The notes: generated by a model not told the origin, from the letters alone. 64,000 bases of DNA from Dehalococcoidia bacterium (GCA_026003895.1 BPIC01000007.1:19473-83472), one strand, 5' to 3'. Shown: positions 34,657 through 43,758, numbered from the stretch's first letter. Numbers and translations: made by a program.

Positions 34657-37600
34657 ATGGCGCTGACTCGTCTCGCGATCACCCGCCCGCTGACGATTCT
34701 CATGCTCATCCTCGGTCTCGTCATCCTTGGTGTCGTGAGCTACCGTCAGTTGCGGGTTGACCGGTTGCCCAACATCAATTTCGGCTTCGTGAGCGTGTTG
34801 GTCACGTGGACGGGCGCCAACCCGCAGGATGTGGAGGAGTACATCCTCAAGCCGCTCGAGGGCGCAGTGTCGGGCGTCTCCGGAGTCGCGAGCATCAGCT
34901 CGCAAGCGTCAAGCGGCCGTGGTTCAGTCAGCGTTCAGCTCGCAGAAGGAGTCGATCCCGACAAGGCTGCGGTGGAAATCGAACGGCGTGTCGCCAGCAT
35001 TCGGGGACGCCTGCCCGCCGACGCCGGTGCACCAGTCGTAAATCGAGCCGACCCGAACGCCTTCCCAATTATGAACATCGCCGTGACGAGTGACCGACCC
35101 CTCGACGAGCTCTACGACATCGTGGTCAACCAAGTGCAGCCACGGTTGCAATCCGTCATCGGTGTCGCCGATGTCACCGTCATTGGTGGCTTGCAGAAAG
35201 AGGTCCAAGTCCAAGTCGACGTCAACAAACTGGCGGCGTATGGCCTGACGATGCAGCAGCTTCAAGCGGCGATCGCCCGCGAGAACCTGAATGCGCCCGC
35301 CGGCAGCCTTGTCGAGGACAACCGGTCGGTGAACGTTCGGTCCATCGGTGAGTATCAGCGCGTCGATGACTTGGGTAATGTCGTTGTCTCGACGAATACT
35401 GGCGCGGGCACGCCTGCCATTCCGCTCCGGAATGTCGCGACCATCCGCGAGGACTACAAGACGCGCACCCGTATCCAGAGGCTTTCGGGGGCGGAAGCAA
35501 TCGGGATTTCGATTATCAAGCAATCCGATGCCAATAGTCTCGAAGTGGCGCATGATCTGAAAGAACAGGTAGAGCGCATCCAGCGGTTGTTGCCGCCAGA
35601 TGTGCGGCTGCGGATCACGAACGACACCTCGCGCTTTACTGAGGCGAGCTTGCATGCCGTGGAGTTTGACCTCGGGCTTGCGGTTGTCCTCTGCGCCCTT
35701 GTTCTGATGCTGTTTCTCCATTCCTGGCGCAACGTGCTCATCGTTGTCCTTGCGATACCGACCTCGCTTATTTCGACGTTCATCGTGATGTACGCGATGG
35801 GGCTGAGTCTGAACACCGTTAGTCTGATGGCGCTGGCGCTCTCGATCGGCATCTTGGTTGACGACTCGATCGTGGTGATCGAGAACATTCACCGCCACTT
35901 GAAGCTCGGTGAAGGTCCGCTGATCGCGGCGTTGAATGGTCGGAGCGAGATTGGGATGGCGGCGATGGCGATTACCTTTGTCGACGTCATCGTTTACCTG
36001 CCGTTGATCTTCATGAGCGGATTTCTTGGCCGTCTCTTCCGCGAGTATGGCATCACGATCGCGATCGCGACGCTCTTCTCGCTGTTCATTTCCTTCACCC
36101 TGACGCCGATGTTGGCGAGCCGGCTGCTTGGTCCGCACCGCGCCGGCCATCGTCCGAACCTCTTCGAGCGGTTTGGTCTCGCGTTCGATGCTGTTTGGGA
36201 TCGGATCGCCCAGTTCTACGGACGGACACTGCGGGTCGCGCTGCGAATGCGGCCGGTTGTCATCATCGTGGCGGCGCTGGCGCTTGCTGGAGCGTTCTCG
36301 CTGGTTCAGCTGCGCATCATCGGCCAAGAATATGCGCCAACCGACGACGATAATCAGTTCACGGTGAGTGTCAACATGCCGCAGGGCAGCTCGCTGGCGG
36401 CGGTCGATGCAGCAACGCAGGCGGTTGAGGCGATGATCCGGCAGGTGCCGGAGGTTGACGAGGTGTTCTCGTCGATCGGCGTCGGCTTTGGCGGCGGCGG
36501 CAATGCCACGATTACCGTCCAGTTGAAGGACAAAGGGACACGATCGCGCTCGGTATTTGACGTCATCAATGAGCTCCGCGCCAAAGGCCAGCAGATCACG
36601 GCTCAGACCCGGGCGACCTTGAACTTTCGCGTCGAGAACCCGCTCGGTGGTGGCGGCGGAGGTGGCAACAACATCTCGGTCCGGCTGCTGGGCGATGACT
36701 ATCCGACAATGGTGCGTACGGCGGCCGAGCTCGGCGAATATCTGAAGTCGGTGCCGGGTGTCGCGGAGGTGCGTGTCTCGCAAACGGCGGGCGAGCCGGA
36801 GATCCGCGCCGTCGCCAACCGGAGCCGGATGGCCGACTTCGGCGTCTCGCAGCAGACAGTGGCAAGCTCGCTGCGCATGGCGCTCTCGGGAGCGACCGTC
36901 GGGGCGTTGCGGCCGGAAGGTGAGCTGCAGCGCGATATCACGCTTATCGCTCAACCGAGCGACCGGGAGAACGTGCAGGCAATCGCCAACCTGCCGATCC
37001 CGACGGCGAGCGGCGGCTTCACGCGGCTGGGCCAAGTCGCCGAGATCACCCGGGCGAACGCGCCGACCTCGGTCAGCCGGCAGGACCGGCAGCGCACGCT
37101 GACGATCAATGTCACCCCGAACGGTCCGGTTGGACAGGTAGCGGATAACCTGCGGAAGGCGCTCGCCGAGTACCAGCTCCCGAGTGGTTACCAGACCATC
37201 GTCGGCGGCTCGGCAGCGACCCTCGATCAGGCGTTCCGCCAGCTCATAGCGGCGCTCTGGTTGTCCGTGCTTCTTATCTACATGCTGATGGTCGCGCTCT
37301 ACGAGTCGTGGCTGCATCCGTTCGCCATCATGTTTTCGGTGCCGGTGGCCCTCGTCGGGGCGTTCCTCGGGCTCTGGGTGACGGGCAACACGCTCAACAT
37401 CTTCTCGATGCTCGGCATCCTGATGCTGCTCGGCCTCGTGGCGAAGAACGGTATCTTGTTGGTGGACTACACCAATACGCTGCGGGCGCGCGGGATGGCG
37501 CGGCTGCCGGCGCTGCTCGAGGCTGCCCCAACGCGGCTGAAGCCGATCATGATGACCTCGGCGACGATCGTGATGGCGATGATCCCGCTCGCGCTCAAAC

Positions 37601-37857
37601 TGGAGGCGGGCGCCGAATCGCGGGCTCCGCTGGCCGTCGTCGTGATTGGCGGAGTCATTTCCTCCACGTTGCTGACGCTCTTCCTCGTTCCGGCGGTGTA
37701 CACCTACCTCGATAGCTTCGGGGAACTGGTTGGACGGCTGTTCCGACGTGGCGAGGTCGTTACGGAGGCGGCCCCTGTCGCTGTCGCCGCATCGGCGTCC
37801 GGCCCGCTCGGTGACGTCGCGGCGAGCGGCGCGCGCCCGCGCCGCTGGTTCCGCTGA
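34657..37857 (+). CDS. RND (AcrB/HAE-type) efflux transporter
   Basis: 1066 aa, MALTRLAITRPLTILMLILGLVILG..., with 12-TM/two-large-loop organisation and conserved GILVDDSIVVIENI and GLVAKNGILLVDY blocks. Confidence 0.9.
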   Translation: MALTRLAITRPLTILMLILGLVILGVVSYRQLRVDRLPNINFGFVSVLVTWTGANPQDVEEYILKPLEGAVSGVSGVASISSQASSGRGSVSVQLAEGVDPDKAAVEIERRVASIRGRLPADAGAPVVNRADPNAFPIMNIAVTSDRPLDELYDIVVNQVQPRLQSVIGVADVTVIGGLQKEVQVQVDVNKLAAYGLTMQQLQAAIARENLNAPAGSLVEDNRSVNVRSIGEYQRVDDLGNVVVSTNTGAGTPAIPLRNVATIREDYKTRTRIQRLSGAEAIGISIIKQSDANSLEVAHDLKEQVERIQRLLPPDVRLRITNDTSRFTEASLHAVEFDLGLAVVLCALVLMLFLHSWRNVLIVVLAIPTSLISTFIVMYAMGLSLNTVSLMALALSIGILVDDSIVVIENIHRHLKLGEGPLIAALNGRSEIGMAAMAITFVDVIVYLPLIFMSGFLGRLFREYGITIAIATLFSLFISFTLTPMLASRLLGPHRAGHRPNLFERFGLAFDAVWDRIAQFYGRTLRVALRMRPVVIIVAALALAGAFSLVQLRIIGQEYAPTDDDNQFTVSVNMPQGSSLAAVDAATQAVEAMIRQVPEVDEVFSSIGVGFGGGGNATITVQLKDKGTRSRSVFDVINELRAKGQQITAQTRATLNFRVENPLGGGGGGGNNISVRLLGDDYPTMVRTAAELGEYLKSVPGVAEVRVSQTAGEPEIRAVANRSRMADFGVSQQTVASSLRMALSGATVGALRPEGELQRDITLIAQPSDRENVQAIANLPIPTASGGFTRLGQVAEITRANAPTSVSRQDRQRTLTINVTPNGPVGQVADNLRKALAEYQLPSGYQTIVGGSAATLDQAFRQLIAALWLSVLLIYMLMVALYESWLHPFAIMFSVPVALVGAFLGLWVTGNTLNIFSMLGILMLLGLVAKNGILLVDYTNTLRARGMARLPALLEAAPTRLKPIMMTSATIVMAMIPLALKLEAGAESRAPLAVVVIGGVISSTLLTLFLVPAVYTYLDSFGELVGRLFRRGEVVTEAAPVAVAASASGPLGDVAASGARPRRWFR

Positions 37858-37882
37858 GGGCGTGCTCGGCTACCATTGCTGA

Positions 37883-39001
37883 GTGAACTGCGCATTCACT
37901 CTGATCACGACCGATGGCGACGCGCGGCGCGGCCGGCTCATCACGAGTCGCGCGGTCATCGAAACTCCGGCGTTTATGCCGGTGGGCACTCAGGCGACCG
38001 TCAAGACGCTGCGCCCAGAGCAGGTCGCAGATCTCGGCTATCGGCTGATTTTGGCGAATACCTACCACCTGCACCTTCAGCCGGGCGAGGAGATTGTCGA
38101 GCGGCTGGGTGGCGTCCAGCGCATGATGGGGTGGCCGGGCGCACTGCTCACGGATTCGGGCGGCTACCAAGTGTTCAGCCTGTCTGCGTTGCGCGAGGTC
38201 GACGACGACGGTGTCACCTTTAGCACACCGCTCGGCCCTCGGCGGCTGACGCCTGAAGGAGTGATGGCGATCCAGCGGGCACTCGGCTCGGACATCGCGA
38301 TGGTGCTGGATGACGTTCCTCCTATGAATGCGCCGCCATCCGTGCAGCGCGCGGCCCTCGAGCGGACGCATCGCTGGGCACTCCGCTGCTTGGCGGCGCC
38401 ACGGCGGCCGGACCAAGCGCGCTTTGCCATCGTCCAGGGCGGGGCTGTGATCGAGTGGCGACGCGAGTCGGCGAGCTTTCTCGCTGGGTATCCGTTCGAC
38501 GGGTTCGGGATTGGCGGGCTCTCGCTCGGCGAGGAAAAATCCCTGACGTGGGCACTGACTGCCGCTGCCTGTGCGGCGCTTCCCGCCGAGCGGCCACGCT
38601 ACCTGATGGGCGTTGGGGCGCCGGACGACCTCGTCCGCGGCGTCGCCGCTGGCGTGGACCTGTTCGACTGTGTACTGCCGACGCGGATCGCCCGCCACGG
38701 CGCGGTGTTTACGCGGTTCGGTCAGCTGTCGCTTAAGTCGGGCCGGCTCGCCGCTGCCGGTGGTCCGATCGATGAGCAGTGCGACTGCCTCGCCTGCCGG
38801 GAATACTCGCGGGGCTGGCTGCGTCACCTGCTCCTTGTGGGCGATCCGCTCGGGATGCGGCTGGCAACACTGCACAATCTGCGGTTTCTTTCGATGTTGA
38901 TGGCGGAGATTCGGCGAGCAATCGAGGAGCAGCGGTTCGCTGCGTTCGCGGCGAGCTATCCGTATGGATCGATTCGAAGAGGCGATCTTCCCGCGGCGTG
39001 A
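37883..39001 (+). CDS. tgt: Queuine tRNA-ribosyltransferase (tRNA-guanine transglycosylase)
   Basis: ARRGRLITSRAVIETPAFMPVGTQATVK, LLTDSGGYQVFSL, FAIVQGG, FDGFGIGGLSLGE, GVDLFDCVLPTRIARHG, and CDCLAC...RHL...LHNL zinc site. Confidence 0.9.
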   Translation: MNCAFTLITTDGDARRGRLITSRAVIETPAFMPVGTQATVKTLRPEQVADLGYRLILANTYHLHLQPGEEIVERLGGVQRMMGWPGALLTDSGGYQVFSLSALREVDDDGVTFSTPLGPRRLTPEGVMAIQRALGSDIAMVLDDVPPMNAPPSVQRAALERTHRWALRCLAAPRRPDQARFAIVQGGAVIEWRRESASFLAGYPFDGFGIGGLSLGEEKSLTWALTAAACAALPAERPRYLMGVGAPDDLVRGVAAGVDLFDCVLPTRIARHGAVFTRFGQLSLKSGRLAAAGGPIDEQCDCLACREYSRGWLRHLLLVGDPLGMRLATLHNLRFLSMLMAEIRRAIEEQRFAAFAASYPYGSIRRGDLPAA

Positions 39002-39248
39002 GCTGTTCGGGAGGGCGCTGCTGCGACTGGTGAACCTCGCCGATCAGCGGGGAGTCTCGCTCCGGGTGGACGACTTCCGCGCCGTCCTCCCCTGCGGTGA
39101 CGGAGAAATCTCATACGAGTTGCAGCTCTTTGGGCGGACCGTTGTGCGGCGTACTGAGCGCGGCCGCATCGTCTGGAGCGGCGAGAGCTTCGACTTCGAA
39201 CGCGGGTTGGACTTATTCGAGCGCGCGGTCGAGGAAGCGGACACGTGA
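38964..39248 (+). CDS. Hypothetical 94-aa protein (overlaps the tgt 3' end by 38 nt)
   Basis: This ORF fills most of the 335-nt gap between tgt and its paralogue. Third-codon positions are mostly G/C, as in neighbouring genes. No clear SD sequence and no recognisable motif. Confidence 0.35.
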   Translation: MDRFEEAIFPRRELFGRALLRLVNLADQRGVSLRVDDFRAVLPCGDGEISYELQLFGRTVVRRTERGRIVWSGESFDFERGLDLFERAVEEADT

Positions 39249-39336
39249 CGAAAAGGGAAGGATTTCGTGCTCTGGCGGAATCTCACCCTCCCGTCTCTTC
39301 GGACTTGGGTGACCGTACAACAGCGAGGAAGTCAAC

Positions 39337-40305
39337 GTGAGCGAGAGGAGACAGGACGACAGCCGGTTGCCGCCACCAGGGCTTGAGTGCAGAGCGGCAC
39401 GGAGCGGCATCGTGGTGCCCGCCCCGTGGGGCGCCGTGCGAGGACTGCTTCCGGAGGAATTGCGAGCAAGCGGCGTCACCGGGCTGGTGGTCGGAAGTGT
39501 GGAACTCGCGCTGCGGCCGGGTCTCGCAACGGTGGAGGCGCTGGGCGGCCTTGGGGCGCTCACGGACGGGCTCGCCGTCATCGGGGAACCGGGAATCGGT
39601 GCGCTGCTCGGGGAAGGCGGGCTCCCGCCGGCGCGGATTGGACGCGCTGGCGAAACGATCGCCTACCGCAACGGACTGGATGGCGCCGAAGGGGAGCTGA
39701 CGCCGGAATCCTCACTTGCGGCGCAGCAACGGCTGGGTGTCGCAATTGCCATCGCCCCGACGCTTCCGGAGCACCTCACAGTAAACGAGCGGCCCCGGGC
39801 GATCCCCGTTACGCTCGCCGAGACGTGGTTGCGCCGGGGCGCAGCAGTTCGCAGTGCGGCGCGTGTGCTCGCGCTCATTCCAGCCGGCAGCCCGCGGTTT
39901 CAGCGGCGACTGCTGGAGGTGGCGGCCGAGTCTGGGTTCGACGGGGTTGCGGTGGCGACCTTGGTGCCGCGCAAGGGATGGCCGGCGGGTTGGATCTGGC
40001 TGGCGCTCACGGTATCGACTGTCGACGACGTTCGCACCGCCGTCGCGCTCGGCTACGACTATGTCGTGCCGAGCTTTGCGCTCACCTTGGCGCGCCGGGG
40101 CGAGGCGCTCGCTGGGACGAGCGCTGTTGCGGTCGCCGGCTTCCCCGCCGAGACGGGCCCCCTCGATCTAGCGTGCGACTGCCCGGCGTGCCGATTTCCG
40201 CTCGGCTATTTGGCTCATCTCGTCCGGGCGAACGAGATGCTGGGTGAGACCCTGCTGCTGCTGCACAATTTGCGTGTCCTGACCCGGATCGCCGACGCGG
40301 CTTGA
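39337..40305 (+). CDS. Divergent TGT-fold paralogue (zinc site kept, base-pocket residues changed)
   Basis: GTG 39337 after GAGGAAG. By-eye collinear alignment with the adjacent Tgt: ELTPESSLAAQQRLGVAIAIAP, FDGVAVATL, ALGYDYVVPSFALTLARRG, CDCPACRFPLGYLAHL...LLLLHNLRVL. Confidence 0.7.
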   Translation: MSERRQDDSRLPPPGLECRAARSGIVVPAPWGAVRGLLPEELRASGVTGLVVGSVELALRPGLATVEALGGLGALTDGLAVIGEPGIGALLGEGGLPPARIGRAGETIAYRNGLDGAEGELTPESSLAAQQRLGVAIAIAPTLPEHLTVNERPRAIPVTLAETWLRRGAAVRSAARVLALIPAGSPRFQRRLLEVAAESGFDGVAVATLVPRKGWPAGWIWLALTVSTVDDVRTAVALGYDYVVPSFALTLARRGEALAGTSAVAVAGFPAETGPLDLACDCPACRFPLGYLAHLVRANEMLGETLLLLHNLRVLTRIADAA

Positions 40306-40337
40306 CCCCGCGCGCGACGGATTGCTAGGCTGTTGCC

Positions 40338-40685
40338 ATGCCGCGCTACACGCTCCACCTTGCCCCCAAAGCCGAGTTCGAGGCAAGTGACCCATCTTCT
40401 GACTACGCGCCAGCAGCGTTTGCGCGTGAGGGATTCATTCACTGTACGGACGGCGCCGAGGAGATGGCACGTACCGCGAACCGGCACTACGCCGGCGATC
40501 CGCGCGAGTTCCTCGTGCTCGTCCTCGATCGGGAGCGGATCGCTGCTCCGGTGACGGTGGAGGATGAGCGCGGAATCTATCCGCACATTCACGGGCGGCT
40601 GAACCGCGACGCGATCGTTCGCATTGTGCCGATGCCGCGCTCCCCCGATGGCCGATTCCTGCCGCCCGAGCTCGGCGCACCGTGA
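40338..40685 (+). CDS. DUF952 family protein
   Basis: 115 aa with REGFIHCTDG ... GIYPHIHGRLNRDAI, the characteristic GFIHCS / YPHIYG blocks of DUF952. Confidence 0.7.
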   Translation: MPRYTLHLAPKAEFEASDPSSDYAPAAFAREGFIHCTDGAEEMARTANRHYAGDPREFLVLVLDRERIAAPVTVEDERGIYPHIHGRLNRDAIVRIVPMPRSPDGRFLPPELGAP

Positions 40686-40851
40686 GTCGCCGCGCGGGCG
40701 GTGTCACTCGCCTGCCTCTCGCGCCTGAAGGATTGATCGAGCGCGGTCGCGCACGCCTGTCCTCGGCCTGGACGACGAATGCGGGCTTCGCTGGTGAAGC
40801 GAGCGCGTGGAGTGTGCGTCACGCCGTGAAGAGCGCTGGAGGTGAGACTGG

Positions 40852-42201
40852 GTGAATCGAGAGGAGGCGCGACGGCGTGCTGGGGAGTTGATGGCGCAGG
40901 CCCGCGAGCAGGGCGTCCGCTATGTCAATCTCCAGTTTACCGACATCACCGGCATCGCCAAGAGCGTCACCATTCCGGTGGAACGGCTCGGTGAAGCGGT
41001 CGAGCACGGGAAGTGGTTCGACGGCTCCGCGATTGAAGGGTTCGCGCGAACCGCCGAATCCGATATGTACCTGCTGCCGGACTTGGAGACGTTCGCGATT
41101 CTGCCGTGGGAGAAGGGGGAGGACGCGACGGCGCGGGTGCTCTGCTGGATCCACAATCCAAACGGCGAGCTCTTCGCGGGCGACCCACGCGCGACTCTCC
41201 GGCGTGCGCTCGACGAAGCACGGGCGATGGGGTTCCAGTATCAAGTTGGGCCAGAGCTCGAGTTCTTCCTCTTCAACCGGCAGGGATCGGCGATTGCCCC
41301 CTTGCCACACGACCGCGCTAGCTACTTCGACTACTCGGCGGACCAGGCGGCGCACGTGCGCCGGCAAATGGTCGACGCGCTGCAAGCAATGGGCGTCGTC
41401 GTTGAGTCGGCGCACCACGAAGTGGCGGCAGGTCAGCATGAGATCGACCTGCGCTACGCCGACGCGCTCGCGACTGCCGATAACGTCGTAACGGTGAAAT
41501 ACACGTTAAAGGCGATAGCTCAGGCGCACGATCTGTATGCGACCTTTTTGCCCAAACCCATCTACGGGATCAATGGCTCCGGCATGCATTGCCACCAGAG
41601 CTTGTCGGACTTGCAAGGGCGTAACCTGTTTGCCGACCCGTCGGATGAGTATGGCCTATCGGAGATCGCGCGCTCGTTCATTGCCGGCCAGCTGGAGCAT
41701 GCACGGGGGATGTGTGCCGTGCTGTCGCCGCTGGTGAATAGCTACAAACGGCTGGTCGCGGGGTACGAAGCACCGGTGTACATCTCGTGGGCGCGAGTGA
41801 ACCGCTCGGCGCTGATTCGGGTGCCGAAAGTAAGCCCCGGCCGGCAGGACTCGACTCGTCTGGAGCTGCGCTGCCCGGATCCGGCGTGCAACCCGTACCT
41901 CGCCTTCGCAGTGATGCTGAAAGCCGGGCTGGACGGCATCCGCCGGGAGCTGCCGCTCCCCGAGCCGATAGAAGAAAACATCTTTCAGTTCGATGAAGCT
42001 GAGCTGCGAAGACGCAATATCGGCATTCTTCCCAGCACGCTTGGTGAAGCGATCGACGCGCTTCTTGAAGATACTGTGGTCCAGGATGCGCTTGGAGATC
42101 ACATTCTCGAACGCTTTGTTGAAGCGAAACGGCAAGAATGGGACTCGTTTCGGGCCTATGTCTCGCAATGGGAGCTCGATCGCTATTTTGAAGTGTACTA
42201 G
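40852..42201 (+). CDS. glnA: Glutamine synthetase, type I
   Basis: GTG start after GGAGGTGA. FTDITGIAKSVTIP, FDGSAIEGFAR, GPELEFFLF, KPIYGINGSGMHCHQSL, NSYKRLVAGYEAP, RVPKVSPG..TRLELRCPD. Confidence 0.9.
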   Translation: MNREEARRRAGELMAQAREQGVRYVNLQFTDITGIAKSVTIPVERLGEAVEHGKWFDGSAIEGFARTAESDMYLLPDLETFAILPWEKGEDATARVLCWIHNPNGELFAGDPRATLRRALDEARAMGFQYQVGPELEFFLFNRQGSAIAPLPHDRASYFDYSADQAAHVRRQMVDALQAMGVVVESAHHEVAAGQHEIDLRYADALATADNVVTVKYTLKAIAQAHDLYATFLPKPIYGINGSGMHCHQSLSDLQGRNLFADPSDEYGLSEIARSFIAGQLEHARGMCAVLSPLVNSYKRLVAGYEAPVYISWARVNRSALIRVPKVSPGRQDSTRLELRCPDPACNPYLAFAVMLKAGLDGIRRELPLPEPIEENIFQFDEAELRRRNIGILPSTLGEAIDALLEDTVVQDALGDHILERFVEAKRQEWDSFRAYVSQWELDRYFEVY

Positions 42202-42266
42202 GTTGTTCTTGCTGCTCTCCGCTGCCCTTGCTACACTTTGAGTACCCCGGGTCTCGGGGAGGGTAC

Positions 42267-43706
42267 ATGAAGAACCTAACACCGCAATCGGTCGTTGCCG
42301 AGCTCGATAGGTACATCGTGGGGCAGACCGAGGCGAAGCGCGCGATGGCAATCGCGCTCCGGAACCGGTATCGCCGCCAGCAGCTCCCCCCGGAGATCGC
42401 CCGCGAAATCGCACCAAAAAACTTGCTATTGATCGGCCCAACTGGTGTTGGCAAGACCGAACTTGCTCGCCGGGTGGCCGCGCTTGCCGACGCGCCCTTC
42501 GTCAAGGTAGAGGCGACGAAGTTCACCGAGGTCGGCTACGTTGGTAAGGATGTCGATTCCATCGTCCATGACCTCGTCGAGGCGAGTGTCCAACTCGTTC
42601 ACGAGGAGAAGCTGAAAGAGGTCGAGGCGCGGGCGGAGACCCAGGCGACTGAGAAGATCTTGAATTATCTCGTTCAGCAGCTGCCGGTGACCGCGCGAAA
42701 GGTGGCAGCGAAGCGGAGCTCCGGCGGTGCTCAAGCGGCCGCCGATGTGGCAGAGACGCCCGCAGCACCTCCGCGGCCGCGGCCGATCACCCGTGCCGAC
42801 AAAGCGCGCCTCCATCGTGAGCGTGATCGACTGCGGTCGATGCTTCAAAGCAAACAGCTCGAAGACCAAATCATCGAAATCGAGGTGGGCGGCGAGGTCG
42901 ACCGCTTCGAGTCGATGCTCGAGTTTGGCGGCGCCAATCCAGAAGAGATGAGCGATGCCTATAGCGACTTCCTCGAGTCGTATCACGGCGTAGGGGGATC
43001 GCGGCGTCGCTCGCGGCGCGTCTCAGTGAAGGAGGCGCGGCGCATCTTGACGCGCGAAGAGGCGACCAAACTGATCGACATGGAGAACGTCATCGAGACG
43101 GCGGTGCAGCGCGCCGAATCGAGCGGTGTCGTGTTTATCGACGAGCTGGATAAGGTGGCTGGGCCCCGCCACGAGATCGGCTCCGATGTCTCGGGCGAGG
43201 GCGTCCAGCGCGACCTGCTCCCGATCGTCGAAGGGACGACGGTGACAACGCGCTACGGGCCGATCAAGACCGACCACGTGCTGTTCGTGGCGGCAGGCTC
43301 GTTCTACCAGAACAAGCCATCCGACCTGATCCCTGAGCTGCAAGGGCGCTTTCCGCTGCGTGTCGAACTGAAAAGCCTGACGGAAGAGGATTTCCGGCGG
43401 ATCCTGACCGAGCCGGAGAACGCGCTCACCAAGCAATACATCGCGTTGCTCGGGACCGAAGGCGTCACAATCACCTTCGGTGACGACGCGATCGCCGAGA
43501 TCGCCCGGGTCGCAGTGTTGATGAACGAACGCCTCGAGAACATCGGCGCTCGCCGGTTGCACACCATCATGGAGCGGGTGCTCGAGGAGATTTCCTTCAG
43601 CGCTCCGGAGCGAGCTGGCGAGACGATTCATATCGATGCGGAGTTCGTGCGGGAGCGCATGGCGGAACTGATCAAGGATCAGGATCTCAGCCGCTACATC
43701 CTGTAA
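42267..43706 (+). CDS. hslU: ATP-dependent protease ATPase subunit HslU
   Basis: MKNLTPQSVVAELDRYIVGQTEAKRAMAIALRNRYRR, Walker A GPTGVGKTELARR, FVKVEATKFTEVGYVGKDV, GVVFIDELDK, FVAAGSF. No hslV lies adjacent. Confidence 0.9.
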   Translation: MKNLTPQSVVAELDRYIVGQTEAKRAMAIALRNRYRRQQLPPEIAREIAPKNLLLIGPTGVGKTELARRVAALADAPFVKVEATKFTEVGYVGKDVDSIVHDLVEASVQLVHEEKLKEVEARAETQATEKILNYLVQQLPVTARKVAAKRSSGGAQAAADVAETPAAPPRPRPITRADKARLHRERDRLRSMLQSKQLEDQIIEIEVGGEVDRFESMLEFGGANPEEMSDAYSDFLESYHGVGGSRRRSRRVSVKEARRILTREEATKLIDMENVIETAVQRAESSGVVFIDELDKVAGPRHEIGSDVSGEGVQRDLLPIVEGTTVTTRYGPIKTDHVLFVAAGSFYQNKPSDLIPELQGRFPLRVELKSLTEEDFRRILTEPENALTKQYIALLGTEGVTITFGDDAIAEIARVAVLMNERLENIGARRLHTIMERVLEEISFSAPERAGETIHIDAEFVRERMAELIKDQDLSRYIL

Positions 43707-43758
43707 GCTGTAGGCCATCGTGGCCGGGACCGGCCCTCATACGCGGACCGAGGGGGAG

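Noticed and set aside
31805-37317. 793-aa and 797-aa minus-strand ORFs (31805..34186, 34924..37317) opposite the efflux operon
   Set aside because: No recognisable domains and an Arg/His/Pro-rich composition. The plus strand encodes unmistakable MFP, secreted protein and AcrB-type sequences over the same span.
40686-40851. 166-nt leader upstream of glnA, inspected for a glutamine (glnA-motif) riboswitch
   Set aside because: Only a loose resemblance (ggacgacgaa vs the remembered GGACGGAAG core). No convincing E-loop or pseudoknot pairing could be drawn, and this cannot be confirmed without a covariance model.
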